Virus record (IMG/VR): IMGVR_UViG_3300028584_001241
Source: a virus
Reading direction: 5' to 3' (one strand)
DNA: 64,000 nucleotides
Below the pieces are notes generated by a model. That model worked only from the letters and a program-made list of their open reading frames with translations, was not told the DNA's origin and ran no database searches. A program made the position numbers and the translations under genes. Positions 20,270 to 28,123 of this stretch are shown here, in pieces (the stretch's first letter is position 1; every line of letters starts with the position of its first letter).

Positions 20270-20980
20270 TCAGATGGCAATCATTTTAATAAGTTCAAGC
20301 TGTTCATCATTCATATCAAATAACTTTAAATGATACTCGTTCTGCATGTCCATAACAATACTTGAAGAAATACTAATGCCATCCACAACAAACTGAGAAT
20401 TCTCATAATTAAACTGAATTTTTTTACCACCTGAAAAAATACTGATAGACCCTAAATCAAAATTACAGTTATCAACAATGTAATAGGACGAATTTGTAAT
20501 TTTTTTAATAATATCATTAACAGCATTCCAATTGAATTTAATGATGTTTGGACTGGAGAACATAACACTACCGTTAACTTGACTCATAATATTTTTTAAC
20601 ATTTTCATGGGATATGTAAAAGTCATCTCAAAACTTTTTATAAAAAAAGGAACAACAAACAAAATAAATGCAAGATACGTACTGCATTGAACAAATAATT
20701 GTATAGAATCTGTAGTATTAAAAACCCATGAGAACAGTAGCAATAGAATAGGAAAAAATTTATAAACAATGTCTTTTTTTGTAAAGTATGCTCGAATTAA
20801 TACATACTGATAAAGACTAACACTCCATTGGATAATAGGATAGAGCGTTGAAATGATGAGTAGTATAGCGAAGAAATAAAAGCTATAATTAGAAGGTTCA
20901 TAAGTAAAGATTAAGAATGCGACACTAAATATCAAATAGTAAAAAGCATTCAAAATAGAGATAGTAACATTCTTAATCAT
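20270..20980 (-). CDS. Membrane protein with C-terminal MxxI tag
   Basis: 4 TM; ends EQLELIKMIAI. Confidence 0.75.
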   Translation of the reverse strand: MIKNVTISILNAFYYLIFSVAFLIFTYEPSNYSFYFFAILLIISTLYPIIQWSVSLYQYVLIRAYFTKKDIVYKFFPILLLLFSWVFNTTDSIQLFVQCSTYLAFILFVVPFFIKSFEMTFTYPMKMLKNIMSQVNGSVMFSSPNIIKFNWNAVNDIIKKITNSSYYIVDNCNFDLGSISIFSGGKKIQFNYENSQFVVDGISISSSIVMDMQNEYHLKLFDMNDEQLELIKMIAI

Positions 20981-20985
20981 ATTGT

Positions 20986-21597
20986 TTACTTAATGTCTTT
21001 TGCATTTTCAATCGTGAATTTCTGGAAATTTTTATACTCTTTACGAGTAATAATTTCATCTTCATAGATCTTTTTAAATTCCTGATTGACGACTGGATTA
21101 TTTAAGACGTTGACATACGTCACTAACTCATATTTATCTTTATCATTGATTTCTGAGAAATTGTCGAAACCATTGTCTTTTAAATATTCTTTCAGATAAT
21201 CTTTATCTTTAGTAGAATAAGCCAGTTCAAAATCTTTGTAAGGTTGAGTTATTTTAATTTTTTCATGTTGGTTTGCACTAATATTCACATCAAAATAACT
21301 GAGATTTGTAATAAGGTTAATAACAGGAGATTTGAAAGAAAACATAAAAAGAGAAGCAACTGCACCCGAGAGAATCATTATCATAATCTTTTTTGATAAA
21401 CTAAATGTTTTTATAGAGTCTGTAAGAACCATAAACGTAAAAAATAAAAACCCTAATGCAAGAATGAAAAAGAAGTCAATGGATTTGGTTGTATGCTCAT
21501 AAGGTGAAATAGACACCAAATTAAATGGAAGAACCATCATTAATGCGAATATGAACAATAGCGTAATAAATCCTAATTTTTCTAATTTCTTTGTCAT
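20986..21597 (-). CDS. 3-TM membrane protein (paralog of 52272..53018)
   Basis: Shared V..eF..IY.D..ITR.EYK.F motif. Confidence 0.75.
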   Translation of the reverse strand: MTKKLEKLGFITLLFIFALMMVLPFNLVSISPYEHTTKSIDFFFILALGFLFFTFMVLTDSIKTFSLSKKIMIMILSGAVASLFMFSFKSPVINLITNLSYFDVNISANQHEKIKITQPYKDFELAYSTKDKDYLKEYLKDNGFDNFSEINDKDKYELVTYVNVLNNPVVNQEFKKIYEDEIITRKEYKNFQKFTIENAKDIK

Positions 21598-21698
21598 GTG
21601 ACACCTCTATAATAATTTATGACTATAACAAAATATAAGTATTAATGTCAATAGAAAAAAAGAGAACTCGAAAGTTCTCTTTAATATAATCAATGCAG

Positions 21699-22481
21699 TT
21701 ATTTAAACATGAATTGAATTTGACCTTGATTTTTATGTTCTTCACAAGAAGAAACCTTAAAATCAGGTGATAATGCATTAATTCCATGAACTTCGATGAC
21801 ATTAAATTCTTTATATAAGGAATTGTCTTTGTCCGCTAATGTTCTACAAAAACTAGGTAAGTATTCATTATAGGTGATTGTGTTAGGTTTATCCATCGTT
21901 ACAACAGTATTGACATCATCTTTCTTCACACTCTTTGTAAACTTACCAGCACTGAGGAACCAAAGATCACCGGGCATTTTTTCTTGTACAGTACCACAAT
22001 CAGAAACCCTTCCATATGAAACGCTGGAATCTTTTGTTTTTTCTAATGAACATTTTCCTGCAACAAGATTGTTTTTAACATCAATGAGTTTTGTAATAAT
22101 GAATGCGTTATTTTTACTTTCATAATTAGAATTCATGAAATATAATGAAATAGTGGGCACTAAAAATATTAACAATAAAATCAAAAGATTAAACTTATAG
22201 GCATAAGGTCCAGTCTTTGTCTTACCAAGAAAATATCTTCTTAACAAATTGTAAACAATGAAAATAACAATAAATGCTATGCTAAATAAGTGCAAGAAAC
22301 GAAATACATCAGAATACTCAACATAATCGACCCGTAAACCAGTTGTATAAGCATTGTAAGTATAGCTTTCGATTAATGCGGGGACCAATATCATGGATGG
22401 AATCAGTACAATCATAATATAAAAAAGTGCTGTGACTATTGATTTATCGTATTTTAATACTAAGTTTTTTAATAAACTCAT
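21699..22481 (-). CDS. 3-TM membrane protein, possibly pilin-like periplasmic domain (paralog of 15653)
   Basis: ITYNEYLPSFCRTLA; AAGGAG RBS. Confidence 0.7.
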   Translation of the reverse strand: MSLLKNLVLKYDKSIVTALFYIMIVLIPSMILVPALIESYTYNAYTTGLRVDYVEYSDVFRFLHLFSIAFIVIFIVYNLLRRYFLGKTKTGPYAYKFNLLILLLIFLVPTISLYFMNSNYESKNNAFIITKLIDVKNNLVAGKCSLEKTKDSSVSYGRVSDCGTVQEKMPGDLWFLSAGKFTKSVKKDDVNTVVTMDKPNTITYNEYLPSFCRTLADKDNSLYKEFNVIEVHGINALSPDFKVSSCEEHKNQGQIQFMFK

Positions 22482-22653
22482 TTGTTAATTCTCCTTTAAG
22501 TTTATGACATAATACTGTAAAAAAAACATTTTACAAGAACAATTTTTAAAATGTTCACATATGAAAAGGTTAAATTAAAATCAACAAAATAAACCATTGA
22601 AGGCATGATTTGTCTTTAATAGACTTCAATGGTTTTGATTAACAAATTTTAAA

Positions 22654-23598
22654 TTAAATGATTGCCATTTTGATCAAATTAAAGTTTTCAATAACGTTAT
22701 TCTTTGAGTCAGCTTCAAAGGTGTCGTCTAATTTATAAAAAACAGCAGATTTATGATTAATTAGAACACCAATTTCAATCATCCACTTTTCAAATATAAG
22801 CTCCAATTTATCAATTTTTTTAATTACTTGGTTTTGTTTGATCCCAAATAGTTGATAATTGTCATCCCTGCTATTCGTTTGGAAGTTTACTTTAGGATAA
22901 TAACCTACCTCTTCTATCACAAAAAAATTAGAAAATGAAGGCTTGCCAAACATAGCAGGGATAGTAAAATGGTTCATTTCTATAGGTTTCTGTTGATAAA
23001 AACTTTGATAAGCTACAAATTGAGATTCACCAAAACGAATTTCATTTGTTGAATAATCATAATAAACAATTAATTTTCCAAAATCACTGAATTCAAAATT
23101 AATTTTCATTCTGGGTTTTAATTGACTGCTTTCATTAACATAATACTGAAATCCCATTGAAATTTTGAAACCAATAGGAGCTATCTTTTTAAATTCCTGT
23201 TTAAGTTTTTGTGATTGAATAACGGATTCTTCTTGTTCAAACATGTATTCCATTAATTTAAAAGGTTCTTTAAATGAGATTATTTCTTTAAAAATAGTAT
23301 TACTATAAAATAAATCTAATACTTGTTGATAATAGTCCAAATTTTTAAGTGGTTCTAATGTTGGAAAAATTTTATTGTATATATCTTTATAAAGTGGAGA
23401 ATTAACAAATCCTGTTAAAATAGCTCCATCTTCTTTGACATACTTAAATTGAGCAATAGGCTGGTTATTAAAGTCTTTAATAACAAGAAAATCTGCTGAA
23501 CCAGACGTATAAGATCGAACCCGACTGAACACATCGAATGGTTTTGGGTAGCTTGTTCTAAGAACTTTTTTAATTTCTTTTAATGAACTTCTGAACAA
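22654..23598 (-). CDS. Tandem paralog family A, copy 3, C-terminal KMAII
   Basis: Aligns with 23661 and 24640; TTG start after GAGG gives MFRSSLKEIKK like its paralogs. Confidence 0.75.
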   Translation of the reverse strand: MFRSSLKEIKKVLRTSYPKPFDVFSRVRSYTSGSADFLVIKDFNNQPIAQFKYVKEDGAILTGFVNSPLYKDIYNKIFPTLEPLKNLDYYQQVLDLFYSNTIFKEIISFKEPFKLMEYMFEQEESVIQSQKLKQEFKKIAPIGFKISMGFQYYVNESSQLKPRMKINFEFSDFGKLIVYYDYSTNEIRFGESQFVAYQSFYQQKPIEMNHFTIPAMFGKPSFSNFFVIEEVGYYPKVNFQTNSRDDNYQLFGIKQNQVIKKIDKLELIFEKWMIEIGVLINHKSAVFYKLDDTFEADSKNNVIENFNLIKMAII

Positions 23599-23660
23599 AA
23601 TTAAATCCTCGAAAAAATAATAATTAATGATAAATAATATTAAATAAGCAAACAATAAAA

Positions 23661-24584
23661 CTAAATGAGTGCCATCTTAACAAGATTAAAATTTTCAATC
23701 ACTTTATCTTTGGCTTCGGCTTCAAAAGTATCATCTAGCTTATGAATAATAGCTAATTTTTTATTGATTAGGATACCAATTTCAGACATCCAACTATTAA
23801 AAACTGCTTCTAGTTTTTGGAAATTCTCTATTGGGTCTTGTTTGTTAATATTCATCAATTGATAAGTAGACTCATTATCAAATTTGTAAAAAATAATTTT
23901 AACCGGCTTCAATTCAATACCTAATAATCTTAATTGTATTTGAGTTAAACGGAAAGGCCCATAATTATTGAAAGCAGGTTCCTGAAAATCTTTAAAAGTA
24001 TCACTGTCTACAAACTGAACTTCACCAAAATGAATAATATTGGTGTCATAATCATAATAAAGAATCAAACTGCCCAAATCTTCAAATTCAAAATTAATTT
24101 TCATTCTTGGTTTTAAAGAAAAATTTTCGTTAACATAATACTGAAAACCAATAGAAATATGTAATCCATTAGGAGCGAGTTTTTTAAAATCGTTATTAAG
24201 ATCTAATTTTTGAATGCAGTCTTCTTTCAATTTAAACATATCTTCGGTTAATTTTAAAGATTCTTGTTCATAAGAAAATAATTCTTTAAAAATAGAATTA
24301 TTGTGAAAAATATCAATTATATCTTGATAGTAGGCCATATGTTCATTTGTATGAAGATCTGGAAAATTTTTTTCATAATATGGCCGGTATTTTGGAGAAT
24401 TTTCATAACCTATTAATATAGCCCCATCTTTTGGAACATATTTAAATTCAGCAACCGGCTGCTTATTAAAGTCTTTAATCATGATCATAGTAGTTTCATT
24501 TTTAAAGGATGTGGAGACATCAAAAGGTTTTGGATACTTTCTTCTAAGGTTTTTTTTGATTTCTTGTAATGTATTTCTAATCAC
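23661..24584 (-). CDS. Tandem paralog family A, copy 2, C-terminal KMALI
   Basis: GTG start; DGAIL.G..NSP, IGFQYY, PRMKI.F.F motifs. Confidence 0.8.
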   Translation of the reverse strand: MIRNTLQEIKKNLRRKYPKPFDVSTSFKNETTMIMIKDFNKQPVAEFKYVPKDGAILIGYENSPKYRPYYEKNFPDLHTNEHMAYYQDIIDIFHNNSIFKELFSYEQESLKLTEDMFKLKEDCIQKLDLNNDFKKLAPNGLHISIGFQYYVNENFSLKPRMKINFEFEDLGSLILYYDYDTNIIHFGEVQFVDSDTFKDFQEPAFNNYGPFRLTQIQLRLLGIELKPVKIIFYKFDNESTYQLMNINKQDPIENFQKLEAVFNSWMSEIGILINKKLAIIHKLDDTFEAEAKDKVIENFNLVKMALI

Positions 24585-24639
24585 ATTGATATCCTATTTA
24601 TGCTAAGAGTTAATAAAATTTAAATACGACACACTACGA

Positions 24640-25470
24640 TTAAATAAGTGCCATTTTAATCAGCTTTAAATGTTCAAGCACTTTATTTTTATCAATAGGT
24701 TCAATCAACTCATTCATTTCATAAGCAATAAAAAACTCTTTGTTTAAACGCCCACCCATTTCTAACATCCAATAAGTAAATACGGAATTTAAATGTTCAT
24801 CATCACAGAATGAATCATCTGCCTTAATATTAAATAATTCAGTATTTGTTTTATCATCAAGAATAACAACCGTATTGTCTTCAATCAGAGTGACATCACC
24901 AAAATGAAAGCATTGATTAGAATAATCATAATAGATAATAAGGCTGCCACACGTTCTAAATGAAAACTCAATTTTCATTCTAGGGGTTATTTCACTTTTT
25001 GCATTAAGATAATACTGCAATCCAATAGCAGTGTCACTGCGTCCACTATTACCTAAGAAAGAAAACAGATCAATTAAAGGAACACCACGTCGATGGTCGT
25101 CACTAATATCAAACATATTTTTATTCACAACGCCTAATGAATGATTTTGAACATACTCTTTAACAACCGCATTATTATAAAATAAGTCAAAGACTTTCTG
25201 ATAAGTTGTTAAATGCTGGGCGTCATAATATTCTGGAAAGTGTTGTTCACGTTCTTTTTTATATAATGGTGAGTCATTGTAACCTGAAATGATGGCACCA
25301 TCTTCTTTGAGATATTGAAAACGAGCAAGTGTTCGATTATTAATATCCTCAATAACAACAAAATTTGCCATTTCCCCTTCAAGTTCTTCATTATAGCTCG
25401 ATACCTTAAATGGACTTTTATAAATATTTTTAATAGCTTTTTTAATGTCTTTCAATGAGCTTCTAATCAC
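24640..25470 (-). CDS. Tandem paralog family A, copy 1, C-terminal KMALI
   Basis: GTG start; same motifs as the other two copies. Confidence 0.8.
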   Translation of the reverse strand: MIRSSLKDIKKAIKNIYKSPFKVSSYNEELEGEMANFVVIEDINNRTLARFQYLKEDGAIISGYNDSPLYKKEREQHFPEYYDAQHLTTYQKVFDLFYNNAVVKEYVQNHSLGVVNKNMFDISDDHRRGVPLIDLFSFLGNSGRSDTAIGLQYYLNAKSEITPRMKIEFSFRTCGSLIIYYDYSNQCFHFGDVTLIEDNTVVILDDKTNTELFNIKADDSFCDDEHLNSVFTYWMLEMGGRLNKEFFIAYEMNELIEPIDKNKVLEHLKLIKMALI

Positions 25471-25565
25471 GATTAATTCCTTATGTTAAAATAATGGCTA
25501 ATTATATCATGAAACAAAAAAATAGGCAATAAAAAAGAGAACACGCAAGTTCTCTTTATTTAATT

Positions 25566-25640
25566 TGGTGGACCTGATGGGATTCGAACCCACGACCTCT
25601 TGTATGCCATACAAGCGTTCCCCCTCTGAACTACAAGCCC
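25566..25640 (-). tRNA. tRNA-Ala (GGC)
   Basis: Cloverleaf, CTTGT-ATGGCAT-ACAAG anticodon arm, G3:U70, encoded CCA. Confidence 0.9.
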
Positions 25641-25651
25641 AAAAATAAAAG

Positions 25652-25775
25652 TAGAAAGGAATGGATTCGAACCATTATCACTATCCACATGGCCTATAAA
25701 TCACGAAAATTTATCTGACATGGGATTTAAAGTTACCGGGTCATCCCGGCTGCTCGCCCGTTAAGCTACCTTTCT
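25652..25775 (-). ncRNA. tRNA-like RNA with 4-6 nt anticodon loop and 58-nt extra arm, no encoded CCA
   Basis: Acceptor AGAAAGG/CCTTTCT, D-arm, GCCGGG-ATGA-CCCGGT, T-arm AATGG-TTCGAAT-CCATT. Confidence 0.7.
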
Positions 25776-25782
25776 ATCAATC

Positions 25783-25857
25783 TGGTGGTTCTGCAAGGAA
25801 TCGAACCTTAATCATCCCGTTATGAGCGGGGTGCATTTACCGTTATGCTACAGAACC
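25783..25857 (-). tRNA. tRNA with CAT anticodon (elongator Met or Ile2)
   Basis: CCCG-CTCATAA-CGGG arm; G1:C72 so not initiator; encoded CCA. Confidence 0.85.
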
Positions 25858-25874
25858 ATAATTTACATCTAATT

Positions 25875-25951
25875 TGGTGGGACTTGTAAGACTTGAACTT
25901 ACGACCTGCCGATTATGAGTCGGATGCTCTAACCAACTGAGCTAAAATCCC
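25875..25951 (-). tRNA. tRNA-Ile2 (CAT, lysidine type; reads AUA)
   Basis: CCGA-CTCATAA-TCGG arm and body resemble enterobacterial ileX (recalled); CCA. Confidence 0.8.
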
Positions 25952-26029
25952 ATATTGAATGAACGCCCCCGGAAACCACGGCTTCAATCCAGTCTTACCT
26001 TTAAAGTAAAACCCCCTTATTCTTTTAAA

Positions 26030-26563
26030 TCATTTAAACTCGATAAAAGACAATTCCAGATCAGTCAATTTAGCTCGTATAGAAGCAACAACTTCTGGTC
26101 TAATCTTGTTTCTCTCTGTTGCTTTGTCTTTTTCACGTTTGCGTTTTCTTTCTGCTCGTTCTTTTGTTAAATCAATAGAAAATTTAAGCGATTCAATGCT
26201 GCCAAGCACTTCATCTTCAAATTCTTCATAAATATATTTTGACGGAAACTTATTAAAATAAAGATCAATTACTTTATTTTTATATTCCAAATCATCAATA
26301 TCACTGAAAAACATAAATGTATCAATATAACGTTGATAATCATAGTGTCCAACATCCACACCTTGATAGCTTTCTAAATCAACAGTATCAAAAACAACCC
26401 ATGTATATTTCAAATTCAACAGTGTAGCAATTTTATCAAAAACATACAAAGCACGATTAATAATTTTGTCAGAAATTTCCTTGCTTTCTTTAATTGTTCT
26501 AAAGTCTGCTTTCGCATTAATATATTCATCTTTTGTTAAAGGTGAAACATAATCAATTGACAT
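26030..26563 (-). CDS. Hypothetical protein inside tRNA array
   Basis: 177 aa, GAGG RBS. Confidence 0.7.
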   Translation of the reverse strand: MSIDYVSPLTKDEYINAKADFRTIKESKEISDKIINRALYVFDKIATLLNLKYTWVVFDTVDLESYQGVDVGHYDYQRYIDTFMFFSDIDDLEYKNKVIDLYFNKFPSKYIYEEFEDEVLGSIESLKFSIDLTKERAERKRKREKDKATERNKIRPEVVASIRAKLTDLELSFIEFK

Positions 26564-26596
26564 TATTACATCCTCTATATGGTCTAAACATAAAAT

Positions 26597-26673
26597 TGGC
26601 GTCCGTGATAGGGATCGAACCTACGACCTTCCGCTTAGGAGGCAGACGCTCTATCCAACTGAGCTACACGGAC
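26597..26673 (-). tRNA. tRNA-Arg (CCT)
   Basis: TCTGC-CTCCTAA-GCGGA anticodon arm, CCA. Confidence 0.92.
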
Positions 26674-26683
26674 AAACAAAAAC

Positions 26684-26758
26684 TGGTGGACCGTCAGGGA
26701 CTCGAACCCAGCACTCCTGCGTGCAAGGCAGGTATTTTCCCAGCTAAACTAACAGCCC
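26684..26758 (-). tRNA. tRNA-Ala (TGC)
   Basis: CCTGC-CTTGCAC-GCAGG, G3:U70, CCA. Confidence 0.92.
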
Positions 26759-26764
26759 ATAGTA

Positions 26765-26951
26765 GTATTTCTTCTAACGCTTCACGGATGCAAGCATCTC
26801 CACGCTTCGAAGTGTCGGTAAATACCTACCGGATATACTTATCAGAGGTCAAACTACAGTGATTAAGCTGTTTCAATCATACTTGACCAGTATACTAGTT
26901 GCTAATCAGGCAACACGGCTCTTTTTAAGTTAGCTTACAACAAACTAACTC
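26765..26951 (-). ncRNA. Candidate structured ncRNA between tRNAs
   Basis: About 190 nt without a credible ORF; several nested or adjacent hairpins. Confidence 0.45.
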
Positions 26952-26956
26952 GTGAT

Positions 26957-27032
26957 TGGTATTCCCAGTAGGACTCGAACCTACAACCTATGACTTAGAA
27001 GGTCATTGCTCTTCCAATTGAGCTATGAGAAC
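26957..27032 (-). tRNA. tRNA-Arg (TCT)
   Basis: ATGAC-CTTCTAA-GTCAT, CCA. Confidence 0.92.
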
Positions 27033-27047
27033 ATTAAAACTATAATA

Positions 27048-27122
27048 TGGTGGACCAACAGAGAATCGAACTCTGAATTCCTGCGTGCAAGGCAGGTGTT
27101 TTCCCAATTAAACTATCAGCCC
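27048..27122 (-). tRNA. tRNA-Ala (TGC)
   Basis: CCTGC-CTTGCAC-GCAGG, G3:U70, CCA. Confidence 0.92.
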
Positions 27123-27133
27123 ATATTTAAATC

Positions 27134-27205
27134 TGGTGGAGCCTCGTGGCCTCGAACCACGTTCATTTATTGCTAAATGGTTTTTCCCGTTAAACTAAAC
27201 GCCCC
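27134..27205 (-). tRNA. Atypical or pseudo tRNA with Ala acceptor identity and collapsed anticodon loop
   Basis: G3:U70, ACCA end and intact T-arm, but anticodon arm is CATTT-AGCAAT-AAATG (6-nt loop). Confidence 0.6.
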
Positions 27206-27210
27206 AAATT

Positions 27211-27287
27211 TGGTGTCTGCGGCTGGATTCGAACCAGCGACCATCCGCTTAGAAGGCGGATGCTCTATCCAACTGAGCTACGCAGAC
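27211..27287 (-). tRNA. tRNA-Arg (TCT)
   Basis: TCCGC-CTTCTAA-GCGGA, CCA. Confidence 0.92.
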
Positions 27288-27312
27288 ATATTTCTTTATT
27301 CTACAACTAATA

Positions 27313-27387
27313 TGGTGGACCGTCAGAGAATCGAACTCTGAACATCTGCGTGCAAGGCAGGTATTTTCCCAGTTAAACTAACAGCCC
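27313..27387 (-). tRNA. tRNA-Ala (TGC)
   Basis: CTGC-CTTGCAC-GCAG, G3:U70, CCA. Confidence 0.92.
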
Positions 27388-27392
27388 ATATT

Positions 27393-27653
27393 TTAAATTT
27401 GTTCTACAATTTCCCATTTTCTATCTAATAAGTCAACAAGATAATTATGTCCCGCATATTCTACCACTATCATCGAAGATGTGTCAATCATCCCAGCAAC
27501 ACCATCGAAATCATTCTCATGTTGCTCAGGTTCTGGTGTAACACCTTCAACAACCTTATACTCTCCTTCCGGCAACCCCAGAAGTTCACCTATTTTAGTT
27601 GCAAGCCAAATGGTATCACCAGCTTTTAATATCTTAGGTTCTGGAGCATTCAT
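27393..27653 (-). CDS. Small hypothetical protein (86 aa) inside tRNA array
   Basis: GAGGT RBS before MNAPEPK; the longer track ORF overlaps a tRNA. Confidence 0.7.
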   Translation of the reverse strand: MNAPEPKILKAGDTIWLATKIGELLGLPEGEYKVVEGVTPEPEQHENDFDGVAGMIDTSSMIVVEYAGHNYLVDLLDRKWEIVEQI

Positions 27654-27676
27654 AGACACCTCTACGTTAACAAATC

Positions 27677-27754
27677 TGGTGGAGACAAAGAGAATCGAAC
27701 TCTTCACAGTCTGCGTGCAAGGCAAACTCGCCATCCCTTGGAACATGTGCCCCC
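27677..27754 (-). tRNA. tRNA-Ala (TGC) with atypical D-arm
   Basis: TTTGC-CTTGCAC-GCAGA, G3:U70, CCA; D-arm pairs poorly. Confidence 0.8.
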
Positions 27755-27811
27755 ATATTTATTCTTTTATGAAGCGTTTTTCTTTTTGCTTCTCAACTCT
27801 TCATGTTTAAC

Positions 27812-27840
27812 ATCTTACCAACTCTTTTCTTCTTTGTCAA
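27812..27840 (-). promoter_or_regulatory. sigma70 promoter P2, proximal to tRNA array
   Basis: TTGACA-N17-TAAGAT with AT-rich upstream region. Confidence 0.75.
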
Positions 27841-27931
27841 CAACTATTTTAAATTATTTTAAACTATTTTTCCTTTTAAATCAATAATATACAAACATTA
27901 GGGTAATACAATACCCTTCTCAAATAGGCAT

Positions 27932-27966
27932 AAAAAAAGCCTTTGAGTTATTACCCTCAAAGGCTC
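27932..27966 (-). terminator. Attenuator terminator hairpin
   Basis: AGCCTTTGAG-GGTAATAA-CTCAAAGGCT followed by U-tract. Confidence 0.9.
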
Positions 27967-28024
27967 CACATTCGTTTGCCAGAGGGTTTAGCGTGTGCTA
28001 ATCCCTCTCAATGAGATTAGCTCA

Positions 28025-28066
28025 CTAAGATATCGCTCTGGCTCTTATAGTTAATTGAATGTTCAT
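28025..28066 (-). CDS. Leader peptide MNIQLTIRARAIS
   Basis: AGGA RBS; ATG AAC ATT CAA TTA ACT ATA AGA GCC AGA GCG ATA TCT TAG. Confidence 0.8.
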   Translation of the reverse strand: MNIQLTIRARAIS

Positions 28067-28094
28067 AAAATAAATTCCTATTTAATATTATCAA

Positions 28095-28123
28095 ATTATA
28101 AACCTATTTTTCAAAAAAGTCAA
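28095..28123 (-). promoter_or_regulatory. sigma70 promoter P1 driving the leader/attenuator
   Basis: TTGACT-N17-TATAAT. Confidence 0.85.

Larger units (their letters stand above)
27932..28080 (-). promoter_or_regulatory. Ribosome-mediated transcription attenuator upstream of tRNA array
   Basis: Leader ORF, mutually exclusive hairpins, antiterminator and terminator (see findings). Confidence 0.8.

Noticed and set aside
22575-22650. Inverted repeat AAACCATTGAAG...CTTCAATGGTTT as a MITE or recombination site
   Set aside because: Single full copy right after the stop of a three-gene run; more simply a terminator or stability hairpin.
25652-25775. tmRNA, tRNA-Sec or group I intron-containing tRNA
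   Set aside because: Too short and no G3:U70 or tag ORF for tmRNA; no UCA anticodon; the 58-nt insert is too small for a self-splicing intron and lies in the variable position.
26533-26862. ORF-track 109-aa ORF, and 27447..27629, 27481..27810, 25955..26170
   Set aside because: Antisense to tRNA genes or real CDSs, no RBS; shadow ORFs.
25566-27754. Amber suppressor tRNA in the array
   Set aside because: Loops CTCCTAA and CTTCTAA contain CTA off-centre; the centred anticodons are CCT and TCT (Arg). No CUA tRNA in this window.
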